DNA of 64,000 nucleotides, from positions 1,805 to 65,804 of the forward strand of contig CAMUJH010000015.1 of the NCBI GenBank assembly GCA_947089145.1. Reading direction: 5' to 3'. Source of the DNA: an uncultured Hungatella sp. (GTDB lineage: Bacteria; Bacillota; Clostridia; Lachnospirales; Lachnospiraceae). Made by a program: the position numbers and the translations under genes. Positions 1 to 9,969 of the stretch are shown one piece after another; position 1 is the stretch's first letter, and each line of letters opens with the position of its first letter. The notes under the pieces are model-generated. The model was not told the DNA's origin, did not search any database, and saw only the letters and a program-made list of their open reading frames with translations.

Positions 1-2
1 CG

Positions 3-332
3 GGAGAGGCCCAAACCATTCTGGAGGGAGTCCGGTATCTGCGCATTGAAGGGGCCTTTTACTGCGGGATCGGGTGCCTGTTTTTGCTGTACGGCTTGTA
101 CCGGGCTTTGGGAAAGCCGGGGATGAGCGTAGTGCTTACGGTGATCTCTCTGGGAACCAGGGTGGCGCTGGCTTACATATTGTCCGGGATACCGGCTTTT
201 GGAGTGACAGGAATCTGGTGGTCAGTGCCGATTGGGTGGTTTTTGGCAGATATGGCCGGGATTTTATATTATGCGGCTCAGAGAAAAAGGCTGCTATTCT
301 GGAATGAGCAGCCTGGAGCAGTTAGAGAATAA
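3..332 (+). CDS. MATE family efflux transporter, C-terminal part (runs in from the window edge)
   Basis: Open frame from position 3: GVRYLRIEGAFY...GLYRALGKP...GVTGIWWSVPIGW, a typical MATE C-terminus. Confidence 0.85.
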   Translation, partial: GEAQTILEGVRYLRIEGAFYCGIGCLFLLYGLYRALGKPGMSVVLTVISLGTRVALAYILSGIPAFGVTGIWWSVPIGWFLADMAGILYYAAQRKRLLFWNEQPGAVRE

Positions 333-543
333 TGCGGGGTATATGGAAGACTTCCGGCCTTTTAATGAAGAAGAGAGGGAACTTGGAAAGAAGGCAGCGG
401 ACTTAATCAATGAGGCAACGGCAGTGCCCTGTACCGGGCGTTCCTACTGTACCGACGGGTGCCCGTCCAAGATTGCCATACCCCAGTATTTTTCCCTTTA
501 CGAGGTACTTTTCTTTTTAGCTGTGAAGCTGAATTCATTGTAA
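298..543 (+). pseudogene. C-terminal remnant of an Fe-S-containing aldo/keto reductase
   Basis: SGMSSLEQLENN...VPCTGRSYCTDGCP..IAIPQYF; no N-terminal barrel, overlaps the MATE end, second Cys of CxxCxxC is Arg. Confidence 0.7.
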
Positions 544-555
544 ATCTCCATAAAG

Positions 556-1311
556 TTAGAGCTTAAGCAGGCGACAGTAATCCCGCTCTGTCTCAATGAC
601 ACATTCGGCAATCAGTTTGGAGAACGGTTCCATATCATTTTGCTGTCTGGATATAGACAGGGCATTGATATAGTCATTTCTCCATATTGGGGGAATTGAT
701 ACTACGCCATAGCCGGCATTTACCAGGATAAGGTTCATCAGGAGCCGGGCGGTTCTGCCGTTCCCGTCAACGAATGGGTGAATGTCAACCAGATGCTTGT
801 GCGCCATGGCCGCTAACTCAATAGGATGCAGGGTAGACCGTGAGAACTGTATCTGTTCTGCCAGATGCTTCATAAGCTGAGGTACATCCTCCGCTGACGG
901 CGGTATATATTCTGTTCCGGAAATATAGACCTGAATGGAACGGTACTGGCCGGCCTGTTCAGCGTCAATCTTCTGGTAAAACAAGCGGTGCAGCTTCCTG
1001 ATGGCGTCCTCTGTGATATCCATGTCCTGCTGCCTTGCCAGATTCAGCATGAAGTCGTAGGCAGCGCCATGGCCGACAGCCTCATAGCAATCTTTCAGTG
1101 GACGGCCTCCAACGGTCAGACCATCCTCCAGAAGTATTTTTGTTTCGGATATTGTGAGGGTGTTTCCTTCCAGGGCATTGCTGCTGTAGGTAAAGCCGAT
1201 ACGGAAATAATTATCCAGGGATTTGAGTTCTTCCTTTGCCAGCGGACGGGCGGAGGATATTTTTTGTTTATAGAAATCTGCCTTTTGCAGCAGTTCTTGT
1301 AATGTTGACAT
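556..1311 (-). CDS. Fic family protein (class II, N-terminal autoinhibitory helix)
   Basis: Canonical HPFVDGNGRTAR motif plus an SNALEG (S/T)xxxE(G/N) motif. Confidence 0.92.
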   Translation of the reverse strand: MSTLQELLQKADFYKQKISSARPLAKEELKSLDNYFRIGFTYSSNALEGNTLTISETKILLEDGLTVGGRPLKDCYEAVGHGAAYDFMLNLARQQDMDITEDAIRKLHRLFYQKIDAEQAGQYRSIQVYISGTEYIPPSAEDVPQLMKHLAEQIQFSRSTLHPIELAAMAHKHLVDIHPFVDGNGRTARLLMNLILVNAGYGVVSIPPIWRNDYINALSISRQQNDMEPFSKLIAECVIETERDYCRLLKL

Positions 1312-1321
1312 TGTATGCCCC

Positions 1322-1543
1322 CTATTGCGTAGTACTTGTATGGCTGGGTATATATTCCATAATATCTCCCGGTTGACAGTTAAGGGCTTCGCATATATTG
1401 CTCAATACTTCTGTTGTAACAGTTTCACCCTTCGATAATTTGGCGAGTGTAGGAGAAGAAATGATCTTATTATTTAATAGATCAGTTTTTTTCATTCCCT
1501 TGCGTGTCAATAAATCGAAAAGTTTATAGTACTTCATGCTCAT
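1322..1543 (-). CDS. Cro/C1-type (XRE) HTH transcriptional regulator
   Basis: YYKLFDLL..KGMKKTDL...ISSPTLAKLSKGE...ICEALNCQPGDIMEY; GGAGG RBS. Confidence 0.88.
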   Translation of the reverse strand: MSMKYYKLFDLLTRKGMKKTDLLNNKIISSPTLAKLSKGETVTTEVLSNICEALNCQPGDIMEYIPSHTSTTQ

Positions 1544-2001
1544 TGTACCACCTCCTAGTATTTAGGATACACTAAAATTGTGTAAGCGTCAATTAAAAAT
1601 ATTTTAGCGAAAACAATAAAGAAGTAATTAACATATGCTAACATAATTTTGGGAAAGCCTCTCTGAAGAACATACGTATCGGCCGTTATGGTATGCCATC
1701 ACGTTTTCTTTCAATCTGAATTATTGAAATGTAATAATCCAGATTGGAAAGGCAGCCAACATCAAAAACGCCCCCGTGGCACATTCCGATAAAAATGACA
1801 AAAGAAAACCGCAAAGGCTCTGTGACCTTTACGGCTATAAGTAATCAAAATTTGTTAAACGGAGACTTTGCTTCCGGTGTCATGGTGAGGAGAAGCGCTG
1901 CATGGGCAGATAGGCTGCTGCCCGAAAAAAGGGACAATAGAAGATCCCTTCAAACCGTATTTCTGCGTATAGGGCAATACAACCAGCCTGTAATAACATT
2001 C

Positions 2002-2487
2002 TCATTTCCCATAATCGGAATCTGCCTGCAATTCTTTTTCTAAAAACTGTTTTATATATGGATTGTTTTCTTCGCTCAATGTGGGCTGAAACGCCATGAA
2101 ACGGCATTTTTGATACTGCTCGCCATCCAACACAAAGGTATATCCCATTACACATTTGGGATTACAGTCATCGGGATTGATAAGCCGTTTGCAGGCGGAT
2201 GCTTTCTTGATTTCCTTTTTTGCCTTTTCAGGCAGCGTATCAAGAAAGCTCTGGTATTCCCCTAAATGTTCGGGATAAATGCGGAGCTTCATCCCCGTTT
2301 TTCTAGTAATGAATGTTGCAAAAGTCCTTTTGCTGCCGGCTAACACATAGGATACAACGTAGCCGCTTTTTTGCGATTTTATGTCGCATTTACAGCCATT
2401 TTCTGTCAGATATCCGTTGATTTGGCTTACAAAGCTGCGGAAACGCTCGTCGACGGTTTCCATAAACGTATTAAATTTCTCGTCCAT
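2002..2487 (-). CDS. Hypothetical protein, Cys-rich C-terminus
   Basis: 161-aa ORF 12 bp downstream of the AraC gene; CKRL..C..C..C. Confidence 0.75.
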   Translation of the reverse strand: MDEKFNTFMETVDERFRSFVSQINGYLTENGCKCDIKSQKSGYVVSYVLAGSKRTFATFITRKTGMKLRIYPEHLGEYQSFLDTLPEKAKKEIKKASACKRLINPDDCNPKCVMGYTFVLDGEQYQKCRFMAFQPTLSEENNPYIKQFLEKELQADSDYGK

Positions 2488-2499
2488 AAGTCCCTTACG

Positions 2500-3351
2500 T
2501 TATCCCTTTCTCTTTGCTACGGGTATCCATACTTCATACTGTGCGTTCTGCGGGTCTGGATTTAAGTAAACCTCAATATCGGGAGCGTCGGCATATTCAT
2601 ATCCGGAGGCCGGAAGCCACTCCGCTATAATCCGCTGCTCCAATTCCTGTATGGACTGGTTTGTACCCGTTCCGGAAAAAATTGCCCAATCGGACGCAGG
2701 GACGGTATATTCCTCAAACTCACCGCTTGTTTTTGTACTGGAGACGGCAATAAAATATTTCCATTGCTCCTGGTCATTGCAGGCGCTGACGCCCAAAAGT
2801 CCCATTGGCGGCGTATCCATCATTCCTGCCAATTTCTGTATTGTTCCATTGACAGCCGCCTCCTGCCACCTGTTAGGCACAACCATAAAGTTTTTTTCGA
2901 TTTCTTTGTCAAGCGGTGCAGATACGCCAATGATGCGGAATGGTTCTTTTGTTTCGATTCTATAATTCATTTCGGTCGCTCCTTTTACAGCAATCCGAAA
3001 CACTATGGGGGAAAAAGATTTTACGGATACGCCCGCTGTCTTAACGGATGAGGGGGCTATCCCGTGAAAAGACTGGAACGCCCTGTTAAATGCGGTGGGG
3101 GAACGGTATCCGTACTTCTCCGCAATATCAATAATCCGTTCATCCCCTCCCTGCAAGTCTGCCGCCGCTAAAGACATTTTTCTTCTTCGGATATACTCTG
3201 CCAGAGTGATGCCTGCCATATAAGTAAACATCCTTTGATAGTGGTAGGAGGAACAACAGGCAATCCGCCCAAGCTGTTCATAGTCAATTTCTCCTGTCAA
3301 ATGTTCTTCGATATAGTTTACGCTTTCGTTTAATTTTTCAACCCATTCCAT
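2500..3351 (-). CDS. AraC family regulator with GyrI-like effector domain
   Basis: YIEEHL..EYIRRRKMS..YGYRSPTAFNRAF N-terminal HTH; C-terminal EWLPASGY...EVWIPV. Confidence 0.92.
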   Translation of the reverse strand: MEWVEKLNESVNYIEEHLTGEIDYEQLGRIACCSSYHYQRMFTYMAGITLAEYIRRRKMSLAAADLQGGDERIIDIAEKYGYRSPTAFNRAFQSFHGIAPSSVKTAGVSVKSFSPIVFRIAVKGATEMNYRIETKEPFRIIGVSAPLDKEIEKNFMVVPNRWQEAAVNGTIQKLAGMMDTPPMGLLGVSACNDQEQWKYFIAVSSTKTSGEFEEYTVPASDWAIFSGTGTNQSIQELEQRIIAEWLPASGYEYADAPDIEVYLNPDPQNAQYEVWIPVAKRKG

Positions 3352-3889
3352 GAGATACCTCCTCGCATATTGTGCTTTATGGACATAAATCCGCTTTTAT
3401 TATTATAAGGGTTATTCTCAGACTTGTCCTCTCTATTTTTGCACAAAAAAGAGAGGCAGCTATTCAAGCGCAGGTCAATATGCTCCCGTCTTCTTCGGGG
3501 TATATGCCGCCTGATTGCCTGAATAATGATCTTCCATTCTGTGTTTCCCCCAGATAAAATATTCACTCCACATTCTTATGGGTGTTGTATTTAGAAGCAA
3601 TTTTTAAGTATATCCTTATCTGGATTCATTTATGTATTATAAAAAAGGGTTACCTTTTTGCTAACGGAGAAAGTAAACAGAAGTAAGTAAACAAATTAAG
3701 AGAAGGGTTGATTTAGCAATAAAATATCGGTAAACCAAATAATATTTACTAATAGAGACTCAGATATAGAATTGATGAAACTTAGATATAGCAATAAGTT
3801 TAACTGCAATAGTTTTGGCAATATTAGACAATAAAATCTGCATTTTTTTATTATAATATGACAAAAACAAAATTTTTATAAGAAAACAC

Positions 3890-3943
3890 TTGACATTTCC
3901 CGGCACATTAGTTATATTTGCATCATAAGTAAAACAGTTTACT
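3890..3943 (+). promoter_or_regulatory. Sigma-A promoter with LacI-type operator for the GAG cluster
   Basis: TTGACA(3890)-17 bp-TATATT(3913); near-palindrome AGTAAAACAGTTTACT at 3928-3943. Confidence 0.65.
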
Positions 3944-3966
3944 AAAAACCAAAAAGGAGAAAACGT

Positions 3967-4401
3967 ATGGTAGGAATTGTAATTACAGGACACGGCCATT
4001 TTCCAAGAGGGATACTAAGCGCAGTAGAGCTGGTGGCCGGGAAGCCTGACCAGGTTATTGCCGTGGATTTTGAGTCCGGGCACAGCGCCCATGCCTTGAA
4101 AGAGGCCATAACGGTTGCCGTGGAAGAGCTGGGTGGAGATGAGATACTGATTCTGTCGGATTTGGCGGGAGGGACGCCTTTCAATATGGCGGCGGAAGTA
4201 AAGCAGGAGCTGGCAGGACGAAATATCCGCCTTCTTGCGGGAACGAATATGCCGGCAGCAGTAGAGGCCGTATTTTCGCGGGCCAATGCCGGGCTGGACG
4301 AGCTGACAGAACTGGCGGCGGCAGCAGGAGCAAAGGGCGTGGTGGATTTTGAGCATTTGGGCCAGGAGGAAGAACAGCTGCAGTTTGAGGATGGCATATG
4401 A
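3967..4401 (+). CDS. PTS mannose/fructose-family EIIA
   Basis: GIVITGHG, LSDLAGGTPFN, GTNMP motifs. Confidence 0.92.
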   Translation: MVGIVITGHGHFPRGILSAVELVAGKPDQVIAVDFESGHSAHALKEAITVAVEELGGDEILILSDLAGGTPFNMAAEVKQELAGRNIRLLAGTNMPAAVEAVFSRANAGLDELTELAAAAGAKGVVDFEHLGQEEEQLQFEDGI

Positions 4402-4446
4402 TCAGGCCCGATAACTATAAAACCATACAGAGACGGGAGGTAAATA

Positions 4447-5637
4447 ATGGGAAAGACCATTGAGGAAGAACCGATTCATTACAGCAAAAAATATTTGGAG
4501 ACGCCGCTTCTTACCAGGGAAGAGGTGGAGGCGGCGATTCATAAAGTGGTGGAGCAGACCAGAGTAAACATAGACTATTTCGGAGGTAAATTTCCATCCC
4601 CAGCCGCCAAGGGGCAGGTTTATGAACGGATAGGCAATGTTGAATGGACCAACGGATTTTGGACAGGGCTGCTTTGGCTCTGCTATGAGTACAGCGGTGA
4701 CCAGGTTTTTGAACAGAAGGCGAAAGAACATGTAGATTCCTTTCTGCATCGGGTGGAAAACCGGATAGAACTGGATCACCACGATCTAGGGTTCCTCTAT
4801 TCCCCCTCCTGCGTGGCCGGGTACAAACTCACAGGCTCCCAGGAAGCGAAGCGGGCAGGGATTCTGGCAGCGGATAAGCTGATGGAACGGTTTCAGGAGA
4901 GAGACGGATTTTTCCAGGCATGGGGCGAACTTGGGGCAAAGGACAACTACCGCCTGATCATTGACTGCCTGATGAATATTCCTTTGCTGTACTGGGCAGC
5001 AGACGTTACGGGCAGGGAAAGATACCGGACAGCTGCAAAACGCCATTACGAAAAATCCTGCGATTACGTGATTCGGGAGGATGCGTCGGCTTTCCACACC
5101 TTTTACTTTGATCCGGAAACGGGAGAGCCTGTAAAAGGCGTGACGCGCCAGGGATACAGCAATGACTCCGCATGGGCCAGGGGGCAGGCATGGGGAATAT
5201 ATGGAATCCCCCTGAACTACCGGGAAGAACGCAGCCCTGATTCGGTCAGGCTGTTTAAAGCGATGACCAATTATTTCTTAAACCGGCTTCCGGATGACGA
5301 TGTGTGTTACTGGGATCTGATATTCGGCGACGGTTCCGGACAGCCGAGAGACTCGTCAGCAGCGGCGGCGGCAGTCTGCGGCATATGCGAGATGGAGAAA
5401 TACCTGCCGGAAACAGACAAAGATAAACCGGTTTACCGCCATGGGATGCACAGGATTCTCCGCTCGCTTATAAACAATTATGCATGCAGCCAGGTCAGAC
5501 CGGGCAGTCCGGTTCTCTGTCACGGCGTATATTCCTGGCATTCCGGCAAAGGGGTGGACGAGGGAAATATTTGGGGAGACTATTACTATATGGAAGCGCT
5601 GATGCGTTTTTACAAAGACTGGAATCCATATTGGTAA
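4447..5637 (+). CDS. ugl: Unsaturated glucuronyl hydrolase (GH88)
   Basis: WTNGFWTG, HHDLGFLY, IIDCLMN, SAWARGQAW, IWGDYYY motifs. Confidence 0.93.
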   Translation: MGKTIEEEPIHYSKKYLETPLLTREEVEAAIHKVVEQTRVNIDYFGGKFPSPAAKGQVYERIGNVEWTNGFWTGLLWLCYEYSGDQVFEQKAKEHVDSFLHRVENRIELDHHDLGFLYSPSCVAGYKLTGSQEAKRAGILAADKLMERFQERDGFFQAWGELGAKDNYRLIIDCLMNIPLLYWAADVTGRERYRTAAKRHYEKSCDYVIREDASAFHTFYFDPETGEPVKGVTRQGYSNDSAWARGQAWGIYGIPLNYREERSPDSVRLFKAMTNYFLNRLPDDDVCYWDLIFGDGSGQPRDSSAAAAAVCGICEMEKYLPETDKDKPVYRHGMHRILRSLINNYACSQVRPGSPVLCHGVYSWHSGKGVDEGNIWGDYYYMEALMRFYKDWNPYW

Positions 5638-5660
5638 ATTTAAAAAGAGGAGGATTAACG

Positions 5661-6152
5661 ATGGTACCTAATATTGTAGCTTTTCGCATTGATGAACGGC
5701 TGATTCACGGACAGGGGCAGTTGTGGATCAAGGCGCTGGGGGTGAACACGGTGATCGTGGCCAACGATTCCGCCAGTGAAGACCCTATGCAGCAGACCCT
5801 GATGAAAGCTGTCGTGCCAAAGTCCATTGCCATGCGGTTCTTTTCCGTGCAGCATACATGTGACGTGATTATGAAGGCTTCGCCGAAACAGTCCATTTTC
5901 ATTGTGTGCAAGACCGCCGAGGATGCCCTGAAACTGGTGGCAGGGGGAGTTCCGGTAAAAGAGATCAATGTGGGGAATATTCACCGCGGACCCGGCAAGA
6001 CGGAAATCAGCAAGTACATTGCCCTGGGGCCGGAGGATAAGGCGGCATTAAAAGAACTTCGGGATAAGCACGGCATTGCATTCAACACCAGAGCCACTGC
6101 TTCCGGCGACGATGGAGCGGCAAAGGTGGACTTAAACAAATATCTTGATTAA
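5661..6152 (+). CDS. PTS mannose/sorbose-family EIIB
   Basis: RIDERLIHGQ, INVGN; GAGGAGG RBS places the start at 5661. Confidence 0.92.
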   Translation: MVPNIVAFRIDERLIHGQGQLWIKALGVNTVIVANDSASEDPMQQTLMKAVVPKSIAMRFFSVQHTCDVIMKASPKQSIFIVCKTAEDALKLVAGGVPVKEINVGNIHRGPGKTEISKYIALGPEDKAALKELRDKHGIAFNTRATASGDDGAAKVDLNKYLD

Positions 6153-6172
6153 TTTATAAGGAGGAAACAGTT

Positions 6173-6961
6173 GTGACAATCAGTTTATTTCAATGTGTGT
6201 TAATTGGCCTTTGGAGCGGATTTTGCCTGGCCGGGATGCTGTTTGGCATTTATACTAACCGCTGTCTGGTTATGGCGGCCGGGGTGGGCCTTATTCTGGG
6301 AGATCTTCCCACGGGACTGGCCATGGGAGCGGTTGGCGAGCTGGCGTTTATGGGATTCGGGGTATCCCAGGGCGGTTCAGTGCCGCCAAACCCCATGGGG
6401 CCTGGAATTGTGGGCACTATAATAGCGATTACCATGAAGGGTTCCGGGATTGACGTGGGGTCGGCTCTGGCCTTGTCTTTCCCCTTTGCCGTGGCGTTCC
6501 AGTTTGTGATTACGGCAACCTATACCTTTGCCACTACTCTTACGGAGACAGCCTACAAGGCCCTGGATCGAAAGGACTTTAAAGGCTTCCGCATAGCGGC
6601 CAATGCAACCATATGGGTATTTGCGGCAGTAGGATTTCTCATAGGGTTCGGCGGAGCGTTCAGCTCTGAGGGCCTGCAGAAGCTGATTTCCTTTATTCCC
6701 GGATGGCTCAGCACAGGTCTCGGGGTGGCTGGAAAGATGCTTCCGGCTATTGGATTCGCCATGATTTTAAATGTAATGGCAAAAAGAGAGCTGATTCCTT
6801 TTGTGCTCCTTGGCTATATTGCCATTGCGTACTTGAATCTTCCCGTTATGGGAGTTGCAGTACTTGGGACGGCTGTTGCACTGATGGTGTTCTTCCATGC
6901 AGGCAGGGGCGGAGACGGTTTAGTTGAAGAAGTGGAGGTTGAATTTGAAGATGGCATCTAA
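6173..6961 (+). CDS. PTS mannose-family EIIC
   Basis: GLILGDLPTGL, GGSVPP, MLPAIGFAMIL; hydrophobic. Confidence 0.92.
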   Translation: MTISLFQCVLIGLWSGFCLAGMLFGIYTNRCLVMAAGVGLILGDLPTGLAMGAVGELAFMGFGVSQGGSVPPNPMGPGIVGTIIAITMKGSGIDVGSALALSFPFAVAFQFVITATYTFATTLTETAYKALDRKDFKGFRIAANATIWVFAAVGFLIGFGGAFSSEGLQKLISFIPGWLSTGLGVAGKMLPAIGFAMILNVMAKRELIPFVLLGYIAIAYLNLPVMGVAVLGTAVALMVFFHAGRGGDGLVEEVEVEFEDGI

Positions 6962-7760
6962 CAAATTACAAAAAAGCGATTATATTAAAACAAGCCTCAG
7001 GGCGTATTTCCTGCAGAATGGATTCAATTACGGAAACTATCAGGGCCTTGGCTATGCCAACATGCTTTTCCCGGCCCTGCGCAAAATGTATAAAGATGAT
7101 GACGATCAGCTTCAGGCGGCGCTGAAGGAGAACCTTGAATTTTTTAATACGAATCTCCATTTCGTTCCGTTCATTACCAGTCTCCATCTGGTTATGTTGG
7201 AAAATAATACTCCGGCCAAAGAGATCCGCAGCATTAAAATGGCCTTAATGGGGCCTTTGGCAGGCATCGGCGATTCCCTGGCCCAGTTCTGTCTGGCGCC
7301 CTTGTTTGCAACCATCGGCGCATCTCTGGCTCAGGACGGCATGATTATGGGCCCCATTCTGTTTTTTGTGGCCATGAATGCTATCCTGCTGGCGGTAAAG
7401 GTGCTGACAGGCATCTGGGGATATAAGCTGGGTACTAACATAATTGCCAGCTTAAGCGAGAAGATGGAGATAATTTCCAATATTGCCAGCATGATTGGCG
7501 TAACTGTAATTTCCGGTTTGGCTGTAAACTTTGTAAAGATTACTACGCCGATTCAGTACGTTGCCAATATGCCGGATAACCAGCAGAAAATTGTGGCCAT
7601 TCAGGATATGGTGGATGCCATTGCGCCGAAACTTCTTCCTGTTCTGTTTACCGGCCTGATCTTCTACCTGATCAAGGTAAAGAAATGGAGCACATACAAA
7701 CTGGTGATTTTAACCATTGTTCTTGGCATTGCATTATCCGTCCTCCATTTGATTGCGTAG
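6951..7760 (+). CDS. PTS mannose-family EIID
   Basis: FNYGNYQGLGY, FFNTN, MGPLAGIGDS; start MASNK at 6951 behind GGAGG. Confidence 0.92.
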   Translation: MASNKLQKSDYIKTSLRAYFLQNGFNYGNYQGLGYANMLFPALRKMYKDDDDQLQAALKENLEFFNTNLHFVPFITSLHLVMLENNTPAKEIRSIKMALMGPLAGIGDSLAQFCLAPLFATIGASLAQDGMIMGPILFFVAMNAILLAVKVLTGIWGYKLGTNIIASLSEKMEIISNIASMIGVTVISGLAVNFVKITTPIQYVANMPDNQQKIVAIQDMVDAIAPKLLPVLFTGLIFYLIKVKKWSTYKLVILTIVLGIALSVLHLIA

Positions 7761-7775
7761 TGAAGGAAAACAGAT

Positions 7776-9869
7776 GTGATGGAACGTTTCGAGCGGTTAA
7801 CGAAAATACTGGAATACCGTTTTGCCTGTTTCGGTTTCCAGGAGACTTCAGATTATATAGAAGCATGCTGCCCGCAGGAAAAGAAGGAGCTTCTTGATCG
7901 GGCAGAGCTTCTGCAGAAACAGACATTTTACTTCCGGGACAGGTGGGATATGGAACCCTGTCCCACTCCCTTTTTCCTGCCGCTGGATAACTGGATTACA
8001 AGCCCTAACGGTGACCCGGAGTGGGTCTACATGCTGAACCGCCACGATTTTCTGTGCAGGCTGTGGCAGGCTTATATCATGACAGGAAAGAAGGCCTATG
8101 TGGACAAACTGATCTGGTATCTCTGGGACTGGATGGAAAAAAATCCCATTACCCTTACAGGCACAGAGGCTGCCCGGACCATTGACACGGGAATCCGCTG
8201 CATGAACTGGTGTGCTTTGTGCCTGGACTTAATCGGCGCGGGATTTTTAGGGCCGGCCAAAGCAGAAATCATTCTGGAAAATATGGGCCGGCAGTTGGAA
8301 AATCTGCAAAAGCGGTATATAGGAAAGTATACATTAAGCAACTGGGGCGTACTGCAGACAACTGCAGTCTGCGCCGCCTATCTCTGGTTTCGTGACTTTC
8401 TTCCGGAAGGCGGGCTGGAGGAGTGGGCATGGGCAAAGTTAAGGGAGCAGCTGGAACTTCAGATTCTGGAAGACGGTTCTCACTGGGAGCAATCGGCAAT
8501 GTACCATGTGGAAGTGCTTAACGCCTGTACCAGGCTGCTGGCCTATGTATGGCAGGCTGAGAAGGCAGGGGTTTGCCTGAATGAAAGCGCAAGACGTGCG
8601 GCGGGGAGCTTGAGGGCAGGAGATGACATAGCCGCCGGATGGCTCGTGAAAATTGCCTTAAAAATGAGCCGCCATGTGCTTTACAGTTCTGATCCCAATT
8701 TTATGCAGCTGCCTCAGGGGGACAGCGATGTTACAGACATAAGGGACGTGATGGCCAGGGCGGCAGTGATTTCTGCGCTGCTTCCGGTTTCGGGGCAGGA
8801 GGAAGCGGGGGAGCAAGGGGCTTACCGATATGCGGGGGGCAAGCATCTGGATATGGACAGCGCGTGGCTGTTTGGCATTTGGGGAATAAAGTGCTATGAA
8901 GGGCTGGAGCCAAAGGCACCGCACACGCTCAGCTGGTTCTGCCAGGACAGCGGAAATCTGTATCTTCGCAGCTGCTGGGAGAAAGACGGAAATTTTACAT
9001 GGATGACAAACGGAAGCCTGGGCAGCAGCCATGGCCATGGAAATCAGACGCAGATATGCCTTTATTATCAGGGACGGCCTTTTGTCATAGACAGCGGGCG
9101 GTATTCTTACCGGGAAGATGAACCTTTGCGGTGCAGGCTGAAAAGCCCCCAGGCTCACAACGTGTGTGTCATAGACGGGCAGTCCGGCGGGGAGCCGGAT
9201 GGTTCTTGGACCTATGCCAGCTTTGGAGAAAACCTGAAAAATTATTTCCGGGAGCAGGGGGATATCCACTATATGGAAATGCCTGTCCACGGGACATTAA
9301 GGGATAAAACGCCTTATGTGATTGTGCGCCGGGTGATGGTAATGGATGCAGGGATCTGGCTTTCCGTGCAGGATGTTATCTGCCCAGGGAAACATCAGAT
9401 TCGGGAGTATTTCCATCTGGATACCCAGGTTAGGGCGGAGAGGACAGAGGAGGGGGCTCGCCTGAAAAACAAAGAAGCCTGCCTTCGGGCAGTTTCGCCG
9501 GAACCGTTTCAGATTGAGCGGACAGTGGTGTCAGGACGGTATAATGAAAAGTCAGAGGCTTCTATGCTGGTAAAGGAGTGCATGATGGAGGACAGGCTGA
9601 CGTTCTCCACGATTTTTCTGACGGAGGGAATCAGGGCAGAGCCTGCCCAGGTGTTTGTATACGGCAGTGAGGAGCCGGTATCCAGCCAGACTGTAACAGG
9701 GTGGGACATCTGCACAAAGGAGGGAGAGAAGCAGACGCTGCTGGTGTGGAACAGAGAAACCTTTCGGGGAGGGAAAATGTATCTCTGCCATGGAGTGCCG
9801 GTTTACGGAAAGGCCATAGTGCTGAAAGAGGAAAAGGGCCGCTATATCAGAATCCGGCTGAAAAGTTAA
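7776..9869 (+). CDS. Heparinase II/III family polysaccharide lyase (oligo-GAG lyase)
   Basis: GDPEWVYMLNRH, RTIDTGIR, SNWG, DGSHWEQS..YH, HGH, DSGRYSY, AHNV; no signal peptide seen. Confidence 0.88.
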   Translation: MMERFERLTKILEYRFACFGFQETSDYIEACCPQEKKELLDRAELLQKQTFYFRDRWDMEPCPTPFFLPLDNWITSPNGDPEWVYMLNRHDFLCRLWQAYIMTGKKAYVDKLIWYLWDWMEKNPITLTGTEAARTIDTGIRCMNWCALCLDLIGAGFLGPAKAEIILENMGRQLENLQKRYIGKYTLSNWGVLQTTAVCAAYLWFRDFLPEGGLEEWAWAKLREQLELQILEDGSHWEQSAMYHVEVLNACTRLLAYVWQAEKAGVCLNESARRAAGSLRAGDDIAAGWLVKIALKMSRHVLYSSDPNFMQLPQGDSDVTDIRDVMARAAVISALLPVSGQEEAGEQGAYRYAGGKHLDMDSAWLFGIWGIKCYEGLEPKAPHTLSWFCQDSGNLYLRSCWEKDGNFTWMTNGSLGSSHGHGNQTQICLYYQGRPFVIDSGRYSYREDEPLRCRLKSPQAHNVCVIDGQSGGEPDGSWTYASFGENLKNYFREQGDIHYMEMPVHGTLRDKTPYVIVRRVMVMDAGIWLSVQDVICPGKHQIREYFHLDTQVRAERTEEGARLKNKEACLRAVSPEPFQIERTVVSGRYNEKSEASMLVKECMMEDRLTFSTIFLTEGIRAEPAQVFVYGSEEPVSSQTVTGWDICTKEGEKQTLLVWNRETFRGGKMYLCHGVPVYGKAIVLKEEKGRYIRIRLKS

Positions 9870-9969
9870 GAAACGGGTTCCTTGACCAGGAAAACTATGC
9901 TATACTAAACTGTGTTTGAAAAGTGCTTCCTGGCCGGAAAAGGCTCTGGAACATCATGCGGAGGTTGCG

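Noticed and set aside
556-1543. Classical toxin-antitoxin module
   Set aside because: The Fic carries its own inhibitory motif and the small gene is a generic XRE HTH
1880-2005. 41-codon minus-strand ORF overlapping the upstream stop (ATGA)
   Set aside because: No recognisable family; may be a decayed gene but cannot be supported
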